From positions 2,218 through 66,217 of IMG/VR virus record IMGVR_UViG_3300011744_000001: a stretch of 64,000 nt of DNA; one strand, 5' to 3'. Numbering within the stretch: the stretch's first letter is position 1; every line of letters begins with the position of its first letter. Below the pieces are notes generated by a model. That model was given only the letters and a program-made list of their open reading frames with translations. It searched no databases and was not told the origin of the DNA. The stretch is from a virus. Taxonomy: Duplodnaviria > Caudoviricetes. The position numbers and the translations under genes were made by a program. Shown one piece after another: positions 35,400-45,548 of the stretch.

Positions 35400-36572
35400 A
35401 TGTCAAGTAATGATTCTTTCCAGCAAGCCTACAAACAAATGCAGGAAGCCTTGAATAAAGGTAGTTTGCGTAGGGATTTACAGGGCCGTAGGAGCGTTGA
35501 TAATCAACAACGTAAGTTGGCAGAGCGTGAAATTGAATACGATGATCGTGGACGTAAAATTCCACGTCCCATGTTTTTACGTCCTGAAGATATTGCAAAA
35601 GGAAAAGACTATGATGTTGAAAAGGTTCTTTTTACAACATTAGGCCAGCAAAAAGGGGATAGGCCACGGCGTATTACCCGTGATGATATTTTAGCGTTTC
35701 AAGACAATATCTTGCTGCTTAAGGATCAATACAAAAAAGGGATTACGATTCAGAATATTGTCAATTTGAGTTTGCAGGATGATATTGACCGTGCGAATGA
35801 GCAAATTTATATGGCCGTTCCGCTTAGCCGTAAAAGTGGTGTGGTTCATTTCTTAACAAATGCTGGACCCAACAGTAAGGTCCAAAATCACCACGTGGAA
35901 GTTGAGTTTTCAAACTTCAATTCAGTTGTATTTGACATTAAAAAAGAGGCTGTAAGCACTGTAAAAAACCGCATTGCAAATGGAAAGATCAAGTTTGAGT
36001 GTGATTGCGAACGTCATACATTCTGGTTCAGGTATATGGCAACAATTGGTGGTTATGGGCTAGGTCGGCAAGAGGGAGGCTTTCCCAAAGTCAGGAACCC
36101 ACATTTATCTGGTGTGGCATGCAAACACGTTTTACGTGTGGTCCACTGGATTTTATCTCCCGCAGGTATCCAATACTTAAAAAAACAGGTTGAGGTGGAG
36201 CGTACTAAACAGGTGGGGGCACGCTATAAGCAGTCAGATGCCAAGATCAAGGACCAGTTGAACCAGCAGATGGCAGACATTGAAAGCGGAAAGGCAAAGC
36301 CAATTATTCCGAACATTCAAAAAGCTGAACAGGAAATGATGCGCCGTGCCAACAAGGTTGCAAAAAAATACTTTGCTGATCAGCTTAAAAAAATGAAACA
36401 GGCTGAACTGGATTTAAGAAAGGCATCAATACAGGCGCAACTCAATGCTGTATTGCATACATTCAGCAAGGACCAGCAGCGTGAGATCAATAAAACCGTT
36501 GATTCATGGGTAAAAGGTAAAATGTCTGATTTTAGTTTTGACATATTCATGCGAGGGCTAAATGTTAAGTAA
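35400..36572 (+). CDS. SWIM-type zinc-finger phage protein
   Basis: CDC...x...GVACKH ligand pattern. Confidence 0.6.
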   Translation: MSSNDSFQQAYKQMQEALNKGSLRRDLQGRRSVDNQQRKLAEREIEYDDRGRKIPRPMFLRPEDIAKGKDYDVEKVLFTTLGQQKGDRPRRITRDDILAFQDNILLLKDQYKKGITIQNIVNLSLQDDIDRANEQIYMAVPLSRKSGVVHFLTNAGPNSKVQNHHVEVEFSNFNSVVFDIKKEAVSTVKNRIANGKIKFECDCERHTFWFRYMATIGGYGLGRQEGGFPKVRNPHLSGVACKHVLRVVHWILSPAGIQYLKKQVEVERTKQVGARYKQSDAKIKDQLNQQMADIESGKAKPIIPNIQKAEQEMMRRANKVAKKYFADQLKKMKQAELDLRKASIQAQLNAVLHTFSKDQQREINKTVDSWVKGKMSDFSFDIFMRGLNVK

Positions 36573-37116
36573 TGCTGTCAATCGAGTGGTGAATGGCCGA
36601 CATTTAGCAGCTCGCCGTATTGTGATGAACACACTGGGGAGTATCCCTGCGCAAGTGTGGCGTAAGCGAATTGTCTATAGCAATCCAGGTGATGAAAGCA
36701 CTCCAGTTGATCCGCTATCGTTTGAAGCAAATGCACTGTCAATTCAGGACGAGCCTAATTATAAATATGATCCGCTGGGCTTTGCTTATGTACTGCCAGA
36801 TAAATTTAATGGCGGTGTGATCCATAAAAATAACAGCATGAACAATCCTAGTGATCTGGTGATCATTGCACAAATTGAAGCCTACAACGCTGATTTGCCC
36901 ACATTATCAGAGCAAATTTTTCAGATTCCCGATATTCAGTTTCAAGAGGGTGATTTGCTGGGATTAATGATCTATGAGGGGTTTATTGTCTGGTTTGAAA
37001 TCGTTGGAATCAGTGGGCAAACCATGATGTCGGACTTTGGTAAAAAGTATGTATTAAACCGCCGTGATGAATTGGGTGTTGATCCAGTCAAAGATGAAGT
37101 AGATTTGAGGAATTAA
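36562..37116 (+). CDS. Putative head-tail joining protein
   Basis: 184 aa in the head module; context only. Confidence 0.4.
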   Translation: MLSNAVNRVVNGRHLAARRIVMNTLGSIPAQVWRKRIVYSNPGDESTPVDPLSFEANALSIQDEPNYKYDPLGFAYVLPDKFNGGVIHKNNSMNNPSDLVIIAQIEAYNADLPTLSEQIFQIPDIQFQEGDLLGLMIYEGFIVWFEIVGISGQTMMSDFGKKYVLNRRDELGVDPVKDEVDLRN

Positions 37117-37119
37117 GAA

Positions 37120-37422
37120 ATGACATTTTTAGTTTTTAATGAAGTTGACAAAACCACTGGTGACAAAGGCAAGATTGCCCAATGTACGTCTGCAATCTTC
37201 AATTACCAAGTAATTGGTGCGGGTGCAGTGGTTGATTTCTCTGGGAGTAACCACCCTAATGCTGACATTGATAATGAAGATCATTGGTCGCCAATTGTGA
37301 CAATTACTGCAGGCACACCAGATACAGAACCATTTCGTCAACATGCGTGGGATAAGCTCAGGTATGTCGTAACTGCTGGTTCGGATGTTGAGATTTATGT
37401 ATCCAGTGGAGTGAGTGGGTAA
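37120..37422 (+). CDS. Hypothetical virion protein
   Basis: 100 aa, GAGGA RBS, followed by the terminator at 37436-37468. Confidence 0.55.
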   Translation: MTFLVFNEVDKTTGDKGKIAQCTSAIFNYQVIGAGAVVDFSGSNHPNADIDNEDHWSPIVTITAGTPDTEPFRQHAWDKLRYVVTAGSDVEIYVSSGVSG

Positions 37423-37566
37423 AGTTATTTAATTAAAAATAGGTCCTACAAGGGCCTATTTTTTTATCTGCCCTTTTTGAATAAGGTATTTTCAGAATTG
37501 GAACAGGGCACCTAAGCGATTTTTCACCCATGCGAATCTAGGTTTATCAAATTTTCAACCTAAAAC

Positions 37567-39348
37567 ATGGGTGCAGAGATGTCCTTAACATTACCTGAAC
37601 AACTACGAACTCCATATCAGGCGCAATTGGCTGCCATTCAAGAATGCCAGAATTATTTTTATAAGAATGGTGAAGAATCTGGCTTTGATTCGGCGAATGG
37701 CATGGCAGAACTTCGTCCATCTACATTAAATGAGCTTCTTGAAGTCATTGGGTTTGATAGTGCTTCTAGTGTCGATCATGCAATCAAGCTGGGTATTCAA
37801 CAATATCAATACTGCCATGGTGGTGAACTGCCACATCCATCTGTTCTTGCAACTGCGTTGGATGCGGGCCGCACGATTGCCAATGCTGTAAAAAAATTAA
37901 GTGCAAACGCCTTGGATGCCTATGTAAAACTTGAATCTGGTTTCGATGATGTGAGCAATACTCATCAGGAATCAGTCAGTATTGTGCCAGCAATGACGGT
38001 TGCAACCATTGCTACAGTTATTGCTTATGCAATGCCGATCATTGCTTATATTCCAAACAGCAACGGTTCAAATGAAGTGCCGATTGTGGCTGTACGATTT
38101 ACAACAGACCGTACCTTTGGTGCTATGCATCAGGGCGAGTATTTAGATGGTGTGAACGCATCTAAGCCATATTCTGAGGGGCGTTTCCGTTTTGCTCTAA
38201 GTAATGGTGGGGCTGGTGCTACATATACAGTCACTGCGCGCACCGCATATGATGACTTTGATGCCAAAACACCTGATGCGACAGCACCATTATTGCCATT
38301 CATTAGTGGAAACATTTCAATCCGTATTAATGGTAAAGAAGTTGCACATACCCGTAATCGCACTAAATCGAAATTAGTAGGTGTGATTTCTGCAATCGCT
38401 GAAAAGAAAGCAAAACTGAATGGTGTTGAATATTCAGTAGCTGCAAGTAGCATCAATATTGATACAAGTGCGATTTCTGTCACGCTGAACCAGGCATTGC
38501 CTAACGGGGCAAAACTTGAGGTTTTTCTTGTTGCGGACTTTGATGCCCGTGACAGTGAAAATAAATTTAAGCTAACTCCAGTTGGTGCGAGTCTTGTACC
38601 AGAATATGAAAATCTTGTCAGTTCGCCAATCGTCACCCAGATTCGTGCCTCTCATTTACTGGTAAACCAGTTAACCAATGAATTGAATTTAGGGTTTGTA
38701 GGTACCGCATTATCCATAATGCAGGGTAAGATTTTCATTGAGCAGACTGTGCGTTTGTTGGGTGAGGGTAAAGAGCGTGCTCTGTATAATGAACGTGAAT
38801 ATACATTCGATGCAAGTCGTGGTGTTACAGGCAATTTAGCGGCGGCATATAATACTTCAGGCGACTTGTTTGGCGAATTCATGAAGTACCTTGAAGCTGC
38901 TAAACAAGACATCATTCAGGATACTGGCGGTGCTACAGTTGGTTTTGATCTGTATGTTGGGGACAGTGCAAAAATCTTCTTTGCTCAGTTATCTTCCGAC
39001 AAGATGCCAGTGAAAACTGGTGCTACCGCAGGTCATGGTCAGATTGTCCGTATTGGTACATTATCGGATGGAACCCATGTCTATCATGTCCCAAGTTCAG
39101 CAGGCGTACTGGTTCAAGCTGACCAAACTTTTGAAATGTTGCTCGCTGGTCGTGGTAGTGAGCCTGTGCGTAATCCTTTGGTGGGTATGATTGAAATGCC
39201 ACTAACTGTGAAAGAAGCGACTCCAGACCCACGCGAAACCCTAATCGCATTGATTGGTTCACAGGCTGCTGAATTGAATCCGCTTGATCGCTATGCGGAC
39301 CAGTTTGCAGTGATTAATGCTATCAATATGCCAAAACTTAAAAGCTAA
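37567..39348 (+). CDS. Major capsid protein (P1 gp23-like)
   Basis: 593 aa, own late promoter and terminator; N-terminal region with three GFD(S/D) sites consistent with a processed prodomain. Confidence 0.7.
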   Translation: MGAEMSLTLPEQLRTPYQAQLAAIQECQNYFYKNGEESGFDSANGMAELRPSTLNELLEVIGFDSASSVDHAIKLGIQQYQYCHGGELPHPSVLATALDAGRTIANAVKKLSANALDAYVKLESGFDDVSNTHQESVSIVPAMTVATIATVIAYAMPIIAYIPNSNGSNEVPIVAVRFTTDRTFGAMHQGEYLDGVNASKPYSEGRFRFALSNGGAGATYTVTARTAYDDFDAKTPDATAPLLPFISGNISIRINGKEVAHTRNRTKSKLVGVISAIAEKKAKLNGVEYSVAASSINIDTSAISVTLNQALPNGAKLEVFLVADFDARDSENKFKLTPVGASLVPEYENLVSSPIVTQIRASHLLVNQLTNELNLGFVGTALSIMQGKIFIEQTVRLLGEGKERALYNEREYTFDASRGVTGNLAAAYNTSGDLFGEFMKYLEAAKQDIIQDTGGATVGFDLYVGDSAKIFFAQLSSDKMPVKTGATAGHGQIVRIGTLSDGTHVYHVPSSAGVLVQADQTFEMLLAGRGSEPVRNPLVGMIEMPLTVKEATPDPRETLIALIGSQAAELNPLDRYADQFAVINAINMPKLKS

Positions 39349-39416
39349 CCATCCTGATTAAGGCGCTTTCATGCGCCTTAATCATTTCATTATTTCTTCT
39401 CTAATGGTGAACTAAA

Positions 39417-40037
39417 ATGACTCAAGAACAAGATAAAACTCAAACTGCTGGTGATGAGGTTAAAACTGAACGTAAAAGACCAGGTCCGAAGCCAAAAAAA
39501 GCACAATCGCCTGTTGATGATGTAAAACAATCGGATCAGGACGGACCTGGCACAAATACTGAAGAAAACGGAAATGCTGGTGCAGAACCACAGGTCAATG
39601 AGTCCGCCTCTTCATCACAAACAGAATTGCAGGTGAAGCAGGAAGTGAATTCACCAGATCAGGAACAAGATGCTAAAAAGGTTATTTCCGATTTGACAGA
39701 TGAATCGAAAACACTGGAAGTGAAATCAACGCCAGCCAAAAATGAAAACCCGTTTTTGCAGGCTGCTGGTGATCAAACACCACAGGATGTTGAAGAAAAG
39801 AACAACGAAGAAATCGTGGTTCAAAAAAAAACCATTCATCAGCGTTATAATCCGTTGGAAGTTACTGTCCGAAATAATGGCCTGAGCACCGTTTATGAAC
39901 CGAGCACAAAAACTTCAATCAGAGCGGGTGAGACTGTTACTATTGAGTGCCCGACAAATACAGTAAAACAAACTGTGCTTGGCAATATTAAACAGTTTAA
40001 AGCGCTTGGTAAAAATGTTGAGGTTCTAAATGGCTGA
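39417..40037 (+). CDS. Putative head decoration protein with low-complexity N-terminus
   Basis: C-terminal domain resembles the next ORF. Confidence 0.5.
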   Translation: MTQEQDKTQTAGDEVKTERKRPGPKPKKAQSPVDDVKQSDQDGPGTNTEENGNAGAEPQVNESASSSQTELQVKQEVNSPDQEQDAKKVISDLTDESKTLEVKSTPAKNENPFLQAAGDQTPQDVEEKNNEEIVVQKKTIHQRYNPLEVTVRNNGLSTVYEPSTKTSIRAGETVTIECPTNTVKQTVLGNIKQFKALGKNVEVLNG

Positions 40038-40314
40038 TCATGATTTTGATGGTACTAATCCACTACTGGAAGCTCTCGGTGATGAGCCAACAGTACGTGA
40101 TGTGACTTTGTTTAATCAAAGTTATAAAAAAATCATAGAACCGTTGACTGGTATTCATATTCAACCTGGTCAAACAGCCGTTATCCGCGTTACTGGTGAT
40201 GCGGCTTTTAACCAGATCAAGGGCAATGTGGATCAGTTGAAAGCATTGAAAGATTATGATGTTCTCGCCATGAGTTTTGAAGTGGTTGATGATGAACCTG
40301 ATCCTGAGTCCTAA
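40030..40314 (+). CDS. Small paralogue of the 39417 C-terminal domain
   Basis: Shared V...N...EP.T...I..G.T..I...GN..Q.KAL pattern. Confidence 0.55.
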   Translation: MADHDFDGTNPLLEALGDEPTVRDVTLFNQSYKKIIEPLTGIHIQPGQTAVIRVTGDAAFNQIKGNVDQLKALKDYDVLAMSFEVVDDEPDPES

Positions 40315-40435
40315 ACAATTAGAATCCTCTTTAAAACTCTGCTTCTGGCAGAGTTTTTTTATTGGAACATACAAAAATTACCCGAATAGCCACGGCGCAA
40401 AATAACTAAAACGTTTAACCAAAGGCGCAAACAAA

Positions 40436-40714
40436 GTGAACACAACAAAGATTTTGGGAGAAGCGGTTGGCATCCAAAGCCAAGGGGTGGTGGACCGCAC
40501 AGAAACACGGACAAATGTTGGCTTAACCAGCGCAATCATTATTGGACTGTTTAAACGTGGCCGTGTTGACCGTCCTATGGTGATACACAATGGCAACATC
40601 CGTGGGCAACTTGGCTATGAACCGAATAATCCCTACTACATGGCTGTGCAGGACTGTCTGGATACGGGTGTGCCCAGTATTCAGGTATTGCGGGTTGGTA
40701 GCTTGGCAGCTTAA
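40436..40714 (+). CDS. Stand-alone sheath N-terminal-like module
   Basis: TSAIIIGLFKRGRVDRP...AVQDCLDTGVPSIQVLRV resembles sheath N-termini; 71/88 identical to the N-terminus of 56624. Confidence 0.7.
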   Translation: MNTTKILGEAVGIQSQGVVDRTETRTNVGLTSAIIIGLFKRGRVDRPMVIHNGNIRGQLGYEPNNPYYMAVQDCLDTGVPSIQVLRVGSLAA

Positions 40715-40738
40715 TTTCAGGTGAATAATGGAGCAAAC

Positions 40739-42025
40739 ATGAGTACGTTAAAACTATCAGCAGCTGGTGTATTGTCAATTAATGGCGTGGGTGCAAGTGT
40801 ACTGACCTTGGATTTTTCAACATTTAGTTTTTTGTCTGATACAGAACTTGAAATTGCATTTTTCAGCAAAATCAGTGCGCCCCTTTTACTTTCTGATCTC
40901 ATCATGCGATTAAGAATTGTGGATGCCACAACGGGTGATGAGGTAATTAAAATTCAGGGTATTGTGAATTCTTATCCTGAAAATATGGCATCCATTGTTG
41001 CGGTGGCTGATGCGACTGAAGAATTTGAACAGTTTGAATTATCCCTTGGAGTGGATGCTTTTAACGCTATATTGGACTGTGATGCCTTTAACTCCTTGAA
41101 CAGCTTGGGGCGTAACAAGGTTAATTTGACCCTAGATGATGAGCAACCGCCGCCATTTGATCCAGATGTAACCTATAAATTCCTTACAACACTGGTTGAC
41201 CCACCTGCATACCTGGCTTTGCCTGTAGCGGAGGAATTGCCACTTTATGTCGCAATGTTGAGGGCGGCGGAAAAGCTGAACATCCCGCTTGATGTTGAAA
41301 TTGATCCATCTATCACCCCTGAACAGGCAGCACAGTTTGCAGAAACACTGGATGCACAGACACATCAGGTTCAAACAATCTGGTCCCCTAACTTGTGCCG
41401 TCCCCGTGATGCGGTATCGTTGCGTGGACGTAAGATTTTTGCGACCTATATCGGTCAGCATATCGGTGACAAGCTACTTCGCAATGCACGTACCAATGCA
41501 CAGGGCTATGCACCGATTCATGTTGCGGTGGCTTGGAAAGATTTCCCTTTCCGCAAAAAGGCACTGGAACTTCGTCAAGATGTTGTACTCGATGAGCCAA
41601 CAATGGAAATGCTTGCAGTTGCAAAAGTAAATGTGGTGCGCCCAATCAAGTTTGACGTTGTGCAGTTCGTTTTAAGTGATTTATTGACACAGTACCAGAG
41701 TGCAACCAGCGCATTACGCTTGGTACCAGCCGCTGAAATCGCAATGCGTACCAAGAATGATGCGGTCAATATCCTTAAGCGTCATATGTTGAAGCCAACA
41801 GCCGACTATTTAGAAAAGGCCAGCAAGGAACTTGATAAATATTTATCTGGCGCAGTTACTTCTGGATGGTTAAAGCCAGCAGAGGATTTAGGTGGAAAAC
41901 CTTATGACTTCCGATTAACGCCTGATCAGGACAAGCCTTTTGAACGGGTTCGATTATATATGGCACGCCGTCCAGAGGGTGCGGTGCGGTCAGTCATCTT
42001 TGATGAAGATGTTCTTGTTAAGTAA
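40739..42025 (+). CDS. Contractile tail sheath protein (P1 gp22-like)
   Basis: LAVAKVNVVRP, LSDLLTQY and AVTSGWL sheath C-terminal features; GGAG RBS before ATG 40739. Confidence 0.7.
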   Translation: MSTLKLSAAGVLSINGVGASVLTLDFSTFSFLSDTELEIAFFSKISAPLLLSDLIMRLRIVDATTGDEVIKIQGIVNSYPENMASIVAVADATEEFEQFELSLGVDAFNAILDCDAFNSLNSLGRNKVNLTLDDEQPPPFDPDVTYKFLTTLVDPPAYLALPVAEELPLYVAMLRAAEKLNIPLDVEIDPSITPEQAAQFAETLDAQTHQVQTIWSPNLCRPRDAVSLRGRKIFATYIGQHIGDKLLRNARTNAQGYAPIHVAVAWKDFPFRKKALELRQDVVLDEPTMEMLAVAKVNVVRPIKFDVVQFVLSDLLTQYQSATSALRLVPAAEIAMRTKNDAVNILKRHMLKPTADYLEKASKELDKYLSGAVTSGWLKPAEDLGGKPYDFRLTPDQDKPFERVRLYMARRPEGAVRSVIFDEDVLVK

Positions 42026-42051
42026 CTTTAAATTATTAAGTGGTGATATAA

Positions 42052-42831
42052 ATGTTTGGTGCAAATGGTCCATTCAATAAAAATCCGAACCAACCTTTGG
42101 TGCTTCGTGATTTTGATTCGGCAGCTGCTGGGATTACCACCAGCGTAAATACAATGACAAGCTCAATTCGTGAAGAACTTTCATTCATTGAGCATGTGCG
42201 TGAAACAGCATTGCATATCGTATCTGATCTTGTGAATGCAGTATCAGATGGCACGCTTGAAGAAGATGAGTTGCCGACTGACCGACTGGATTCACTCATT
42301 ATTGATGCCCTTGACGGTGCCGATGATGAGGATGGTACCTATGAAAATGCGCTAGTCGCCTCGATTGATGATGCCTTTTCAACATTTGGTGTTGATGATT
42401 CGGTGATTCAAGAAATTTTTAGCGATAACGTGGACGCTGCCGATGCTGCAATTGAAGCTGCTGCAAGTACAGTAATTGCCAATATGCCTGATGAGGGTGA
42501 TCCACTGGATGAACTGGTTCGTGAGTTTATTTACGGTGAACCTGATGAGGAGGAGGGTTTTGACTCTATTGGTGGTAAGAAAAAATTGTCTCGTGGACAG
42601 ATGAGCACTAAAACCGTAGGTGGGCGTAAAGTACGTTACAAGGCAATTGCAGCGATTCGAAATGGCATCAAGAAAATCGTGAATAAGCGATTGCCTGGTC
42701 AGAAAATCCGCCTTTCAAGTGGTCAAAAAGCGGGGCTGAAAAAAGCACGTTTGAGGGCTCTATCTGCAAATGCAATTCGTAAGCGTATGAAGTCTCTAAT
42801 TAAGGGCAAAAAGATGGGATTGCATAAATAA
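42052..42831 (+). CDS. Acidic-then-basic protein, candidate scaffold or internal core protein
   Basis: D/E-rich residues 23-170 bounded by FDS motifs; K/R-rich C-terminal ~85 aa. Confidence 0.55.
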   Translation: MFGANGPFNKNPNQPLVLRDFDSAAAGITTSVNTMTSSIREELSFIEHVRETALHIVSDLVNAVSDGTLEEDELPTDRLDSLIIDALDGADDEDGTYENALVASIDDAFSTFGVDDSVIQEIFSDNVDAADAAIEAAASTVIANMPDEGDPLDELVREFIYGEPDEEEGFDSIGGKKKLSRGQMSTKTVGGRKVRYKAIAAIRNGIKKIVNKRLPGQKIRLSSGQKAGLKKARLRALSANAIRKRMKSLIKGKKMGLHK

Positions 42832-42956
42832 TCCATTTAATAAATTTCATAAAAGACTGCATCATGATTGCAGTCTTTTTGTTTTGGAACACTCCTAAAA
42901 TTCATTTCTATTGATCACTGAAAATAGAACCATTCAATAAGATATTGAGAATAAAG

Positions 42957-43604
42957 ATGCGTCAAACCAATCCAATGCTTATCGGTCAGATGCGGGCTGA
43001 TGCTGTGGCAATCCAGCAGTTAGGCTCTCCAATTCTGGCATGTCAGGGAATGCTTGTTCCGCGCGGAATGGAAGATTACCGTTTTTTAATTAAAAGCTGT
43101 CCAAGACCTATTGTGAGTAATGAGGACCCAACTGAAGTACAGTATCCAGGTGGTTTCACTGGAATTGTGGCAGGCCCACCTAAAACCCACTACACAGGCA
43201 CTTTACAGCTTTTAGTGACAGAAGCGGGCCATGATCAACTGTTTGCAGACTATATCGTAGCTAATAAAGGTATGATTGATTGTGATTACTATGATGGTCA
43301 TGTTCAAAGTTTTACCCGTGCATATGAATTAGAAAATTGCGCCATTCGATTTGAAATGGCAGAGTTTGATACAGAGAGTCGATCACAGGCAATGGTAATT
43401 TCCTGTCCAATTGATTTTAACTTCTTTGGTAATTTTGCGAGTATCGGTGGTAACGGTACTGTCTTACCTGGGAAAAGAGGAGTTGCTGGTGTTGAGGGGC
43501 TGATCAACCGCGTTCAGAGCGTAGTGAGTGCAGCACAATCAGCAACAAACCTGGCGCGTTCAGCGACAAATGTTGCACGTCAGATTGGTTCACTGTTCGG
43601 GTAA
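42957..43604 (+). CDS. Tail tube protein (P1 Tub-like)
   Basis: Beta-rich ~215 aa protein under its own late promoter in the tail module. Confidence 0.55.
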   Translation: MRQTNPMLIGQMRADAVAIQQLGSPILACQGMLVPRGMEDYRFLIKSCPRPIVSNEDPTEVQYPGGFTGIVAGPPKTHYTGTLQLLVTEAGHDQLFADYIVANKGMIDCDYYDGHVQSFTRAYELENCAIRFEMAEFDTESRSQAMVISCPIDFNFFGNFASIGGNGTVLPGKRGVAGVEGLINRVQSVVSAAQSATNLARSATNVARQIGSLFG

Positions 43605-43610
43605 TTTGCC

Positions 43611-44063
43611 ATGCAATTATTACCTGATGATGGTTCACAAAATCCCAGAGTGATTGCTGGTCCCATTTCGGTGCTGGCATCTAATTTCCATCAAAAATTG
43701 CAGATGAAAGGGTATTCCCTGCTTTTGGAGGATGTGACCGCCGCACTGATACAGGAAACCGAACGTTACGCTGGTTGGGCTACCTTGTCTTGTCAACGTG
43801 GCTTAACCAGTGCAATTGAAATTAATGGAAACCTTATATTAGAGGGTTTTGAGTATGCAATCATTGAACCCTGTTTTAGTGCCAATTGCGACCTGATACA
43901 GGCGCAACTGGTGGAGGGTTCAAGAAGCATGGGCGGTGATGGTTTTGGCCTGTCAGTCAGTGAGGCTGAACAGGCTTATCGTGAAGCCAAGGAATTGATG
44001 CCTAAAAATGCTTTTGTCGCGCCTCCATTTAGCTTTAAGACGATGGGGGAACGTGATCAATGA
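43611..44063 (+). CDS. Virion morphogenesis protein
   Basis: 150 aa; context only. Confidence 0.45.
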   Translation: MQLLPDDGSQNPRVIAGPISVLASNFHQKLQMKGYSLLLEDVTAALIQETERYAGWATLSCQRGLTSAIEINGNLILEGFEYAIIEPCFSANCDLIQAQLVEGSRSMGGDGFGLSVSEAEQAYREAKELMPKNAFVAPPFSFKTMGERDQ

Positions 44064-44953
44064 GGATTGCGATTCTATCAACCAACAAGGTGATTTCAGC
44101 CTCTGAACTCATTGTGGCAACGCTAAGGACTGATCTGGTGCCTGTGCCCGTCAGTGTTGAATTTGCCGTCAAGCATACAAAAGAGCTGGAGCAGCAGCTG
44201 GTGTCTGGTGCTGAACTCCTTGTCACTGATATTCCGCATTCATTTGAAATTGTTTATGCCAATCCAATAAAGTCCCAGACCATTAAGGAAGATGGTCGTA
44301 TCGGGGGTATTTCATGTATTGCGGTTTTAAAGGGTTGCAAGAAATTACTTTCTTTTGCATCCAACGCCACAATTCTTGAACAAACGTCATTTAATGCTGC
44401 CTACCGTACCTGTGGTGCATCCAATATCCGCTTGGGTGAAGATATTCCATTGCCTGAATTTATTTGTCTTAAAGGGCGTTTACCAACAGAGCGTTTGGCA
44501 TTGTATCTACAGCAAGAAGCTGCGGTGATCTGTTTCAAGAACCTGAAGATCAGTGCATTGAAACTCGATGCAATTTTTAAGCAGGACACAGTATTAAAGC
44601 TTGATCCAAGTGAAATACAGTGGATTGATAGTAAGGTATTGGAAAAACACCAAAAATCATCATATGTGGCGGTTGAGACAGACGGCTCGACCATTGGTGA
44701 TGACACCACAACACAGGGGCAGTCAGTCATTCAAAAAGCGGGGCTGGATGCACGTCAGTTAAAGAATCTTGAAAAGGTTTTGATTCCGCGTGGGATTGTT
44801 CACCGCCCAATAAACTTTGAGCTTAATGCGGGTGATCTCGTCGAAATTGACAAAAAGAACTATGTGATCCTGACTGCCGCGCATCATGTCGAGACAGGTG
44901 CTATTGGTGGAAATGTAGGTTCAGAAACAAAACTATGGCTTGCGAGCTTGTAA
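44060..44953 (+). CDS. Baseplate hub protein
   Basis: 297 aa directly before the spike gene. Confidence 0.5.
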   Translation: MRIAILSTNKVISASELIVATLRTDLVPVPVSVEFAVKHTKELEQQLVSGAELLVTDIPHSFEIVYANPIKSQTIKEDGRIGGISCIAVLKGCKKLLSFASNATILEQTSFNAAYRTCGASNIRLGEDIPLPEFICLKGRLPTERLALYLQQEAAVICFKNLKISALKLDAIFKQDTVLKLDPSEIQWIDSKVLEKHQKSSYVAVETDGSTIGDDTTTQGQSVIQKAGLDARQLKNLEKVLIPRGIVHRPINFELNAGDLVEIDKKNYVILTAAHHVETGAIGGNVGSETKLWLASL

Positions 44954-44972
44954 ACACTTTTAGGGGAATGAA

Positions 44973-45488
44973 ATGAACCTGGGTTTTAGAAAAGCAAAAA
45001 TTCTCTCTTATGATAAAAACAAGCGTACTGCAAAAATCCATATACCAGGTTTAACTGATGGTGCGAGTGATGGTTTGACCGCAACTTTTGCCAATCCAGT
45101 GGGCGACAGTGACAACGATACAGAGCGTGAAATCAAAATAGGTGAGGGCGTTTATATTTTCTTTGAAAATGGGGAAGAATCACGCCCTGTAATTGCGTTC
45201 TTTTTTGGGCATGGTGAAGATGTGGTGGTGGACATTCGCCGTATTCGTCAAGAAAACATTGAGCTATTGGCCCGCACTAAAGCGACTATTGAAGCACCCA
45301 CTATCCATTTAAAGGGGAAAGTAGTGATTGAGGGTGATGTTGAACATACGGGAAACCAGACAACCACAGGCAAAATTACTGCAACAGTTGATGTTGTTGC
45401 TGCGGGTGTTTCAGGTAAATCACACCGTCATGGTGGTGTGCAAACAGGTAGCGGTCAATCTTCACCACCAATTCCGACTGGAACATAG
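44973..45488 (+). CDS. Baseplate spike (gpV/gp5-like)
   Basis: OB-fold N-terminus, beta-helix repeats and the SHRHGGV metal-binding apex motif. Confidence 0.8.
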   Translation: MNLGFRKAKILSYDKNKRTAKIHIPGLTDGASDGLTATFANPVGDSDNDTEREIKIGEGVYIFFENGEESRPVIAFFFGHGEDVVVDIRRIRQENIELLARTKATIEAPTIHLKGKVVIEGDVEHTGNQTTTGKITATVDVVAAGVSGKSHRHGGVQTGSGQSSPPIPTGT

Positions 45489-45548
45489 CACCTAATGGAA
45501 CCAGCCAAGCCCTCAAAATTGCCTTAATTCTTAATTTTTGGCTTAGAT

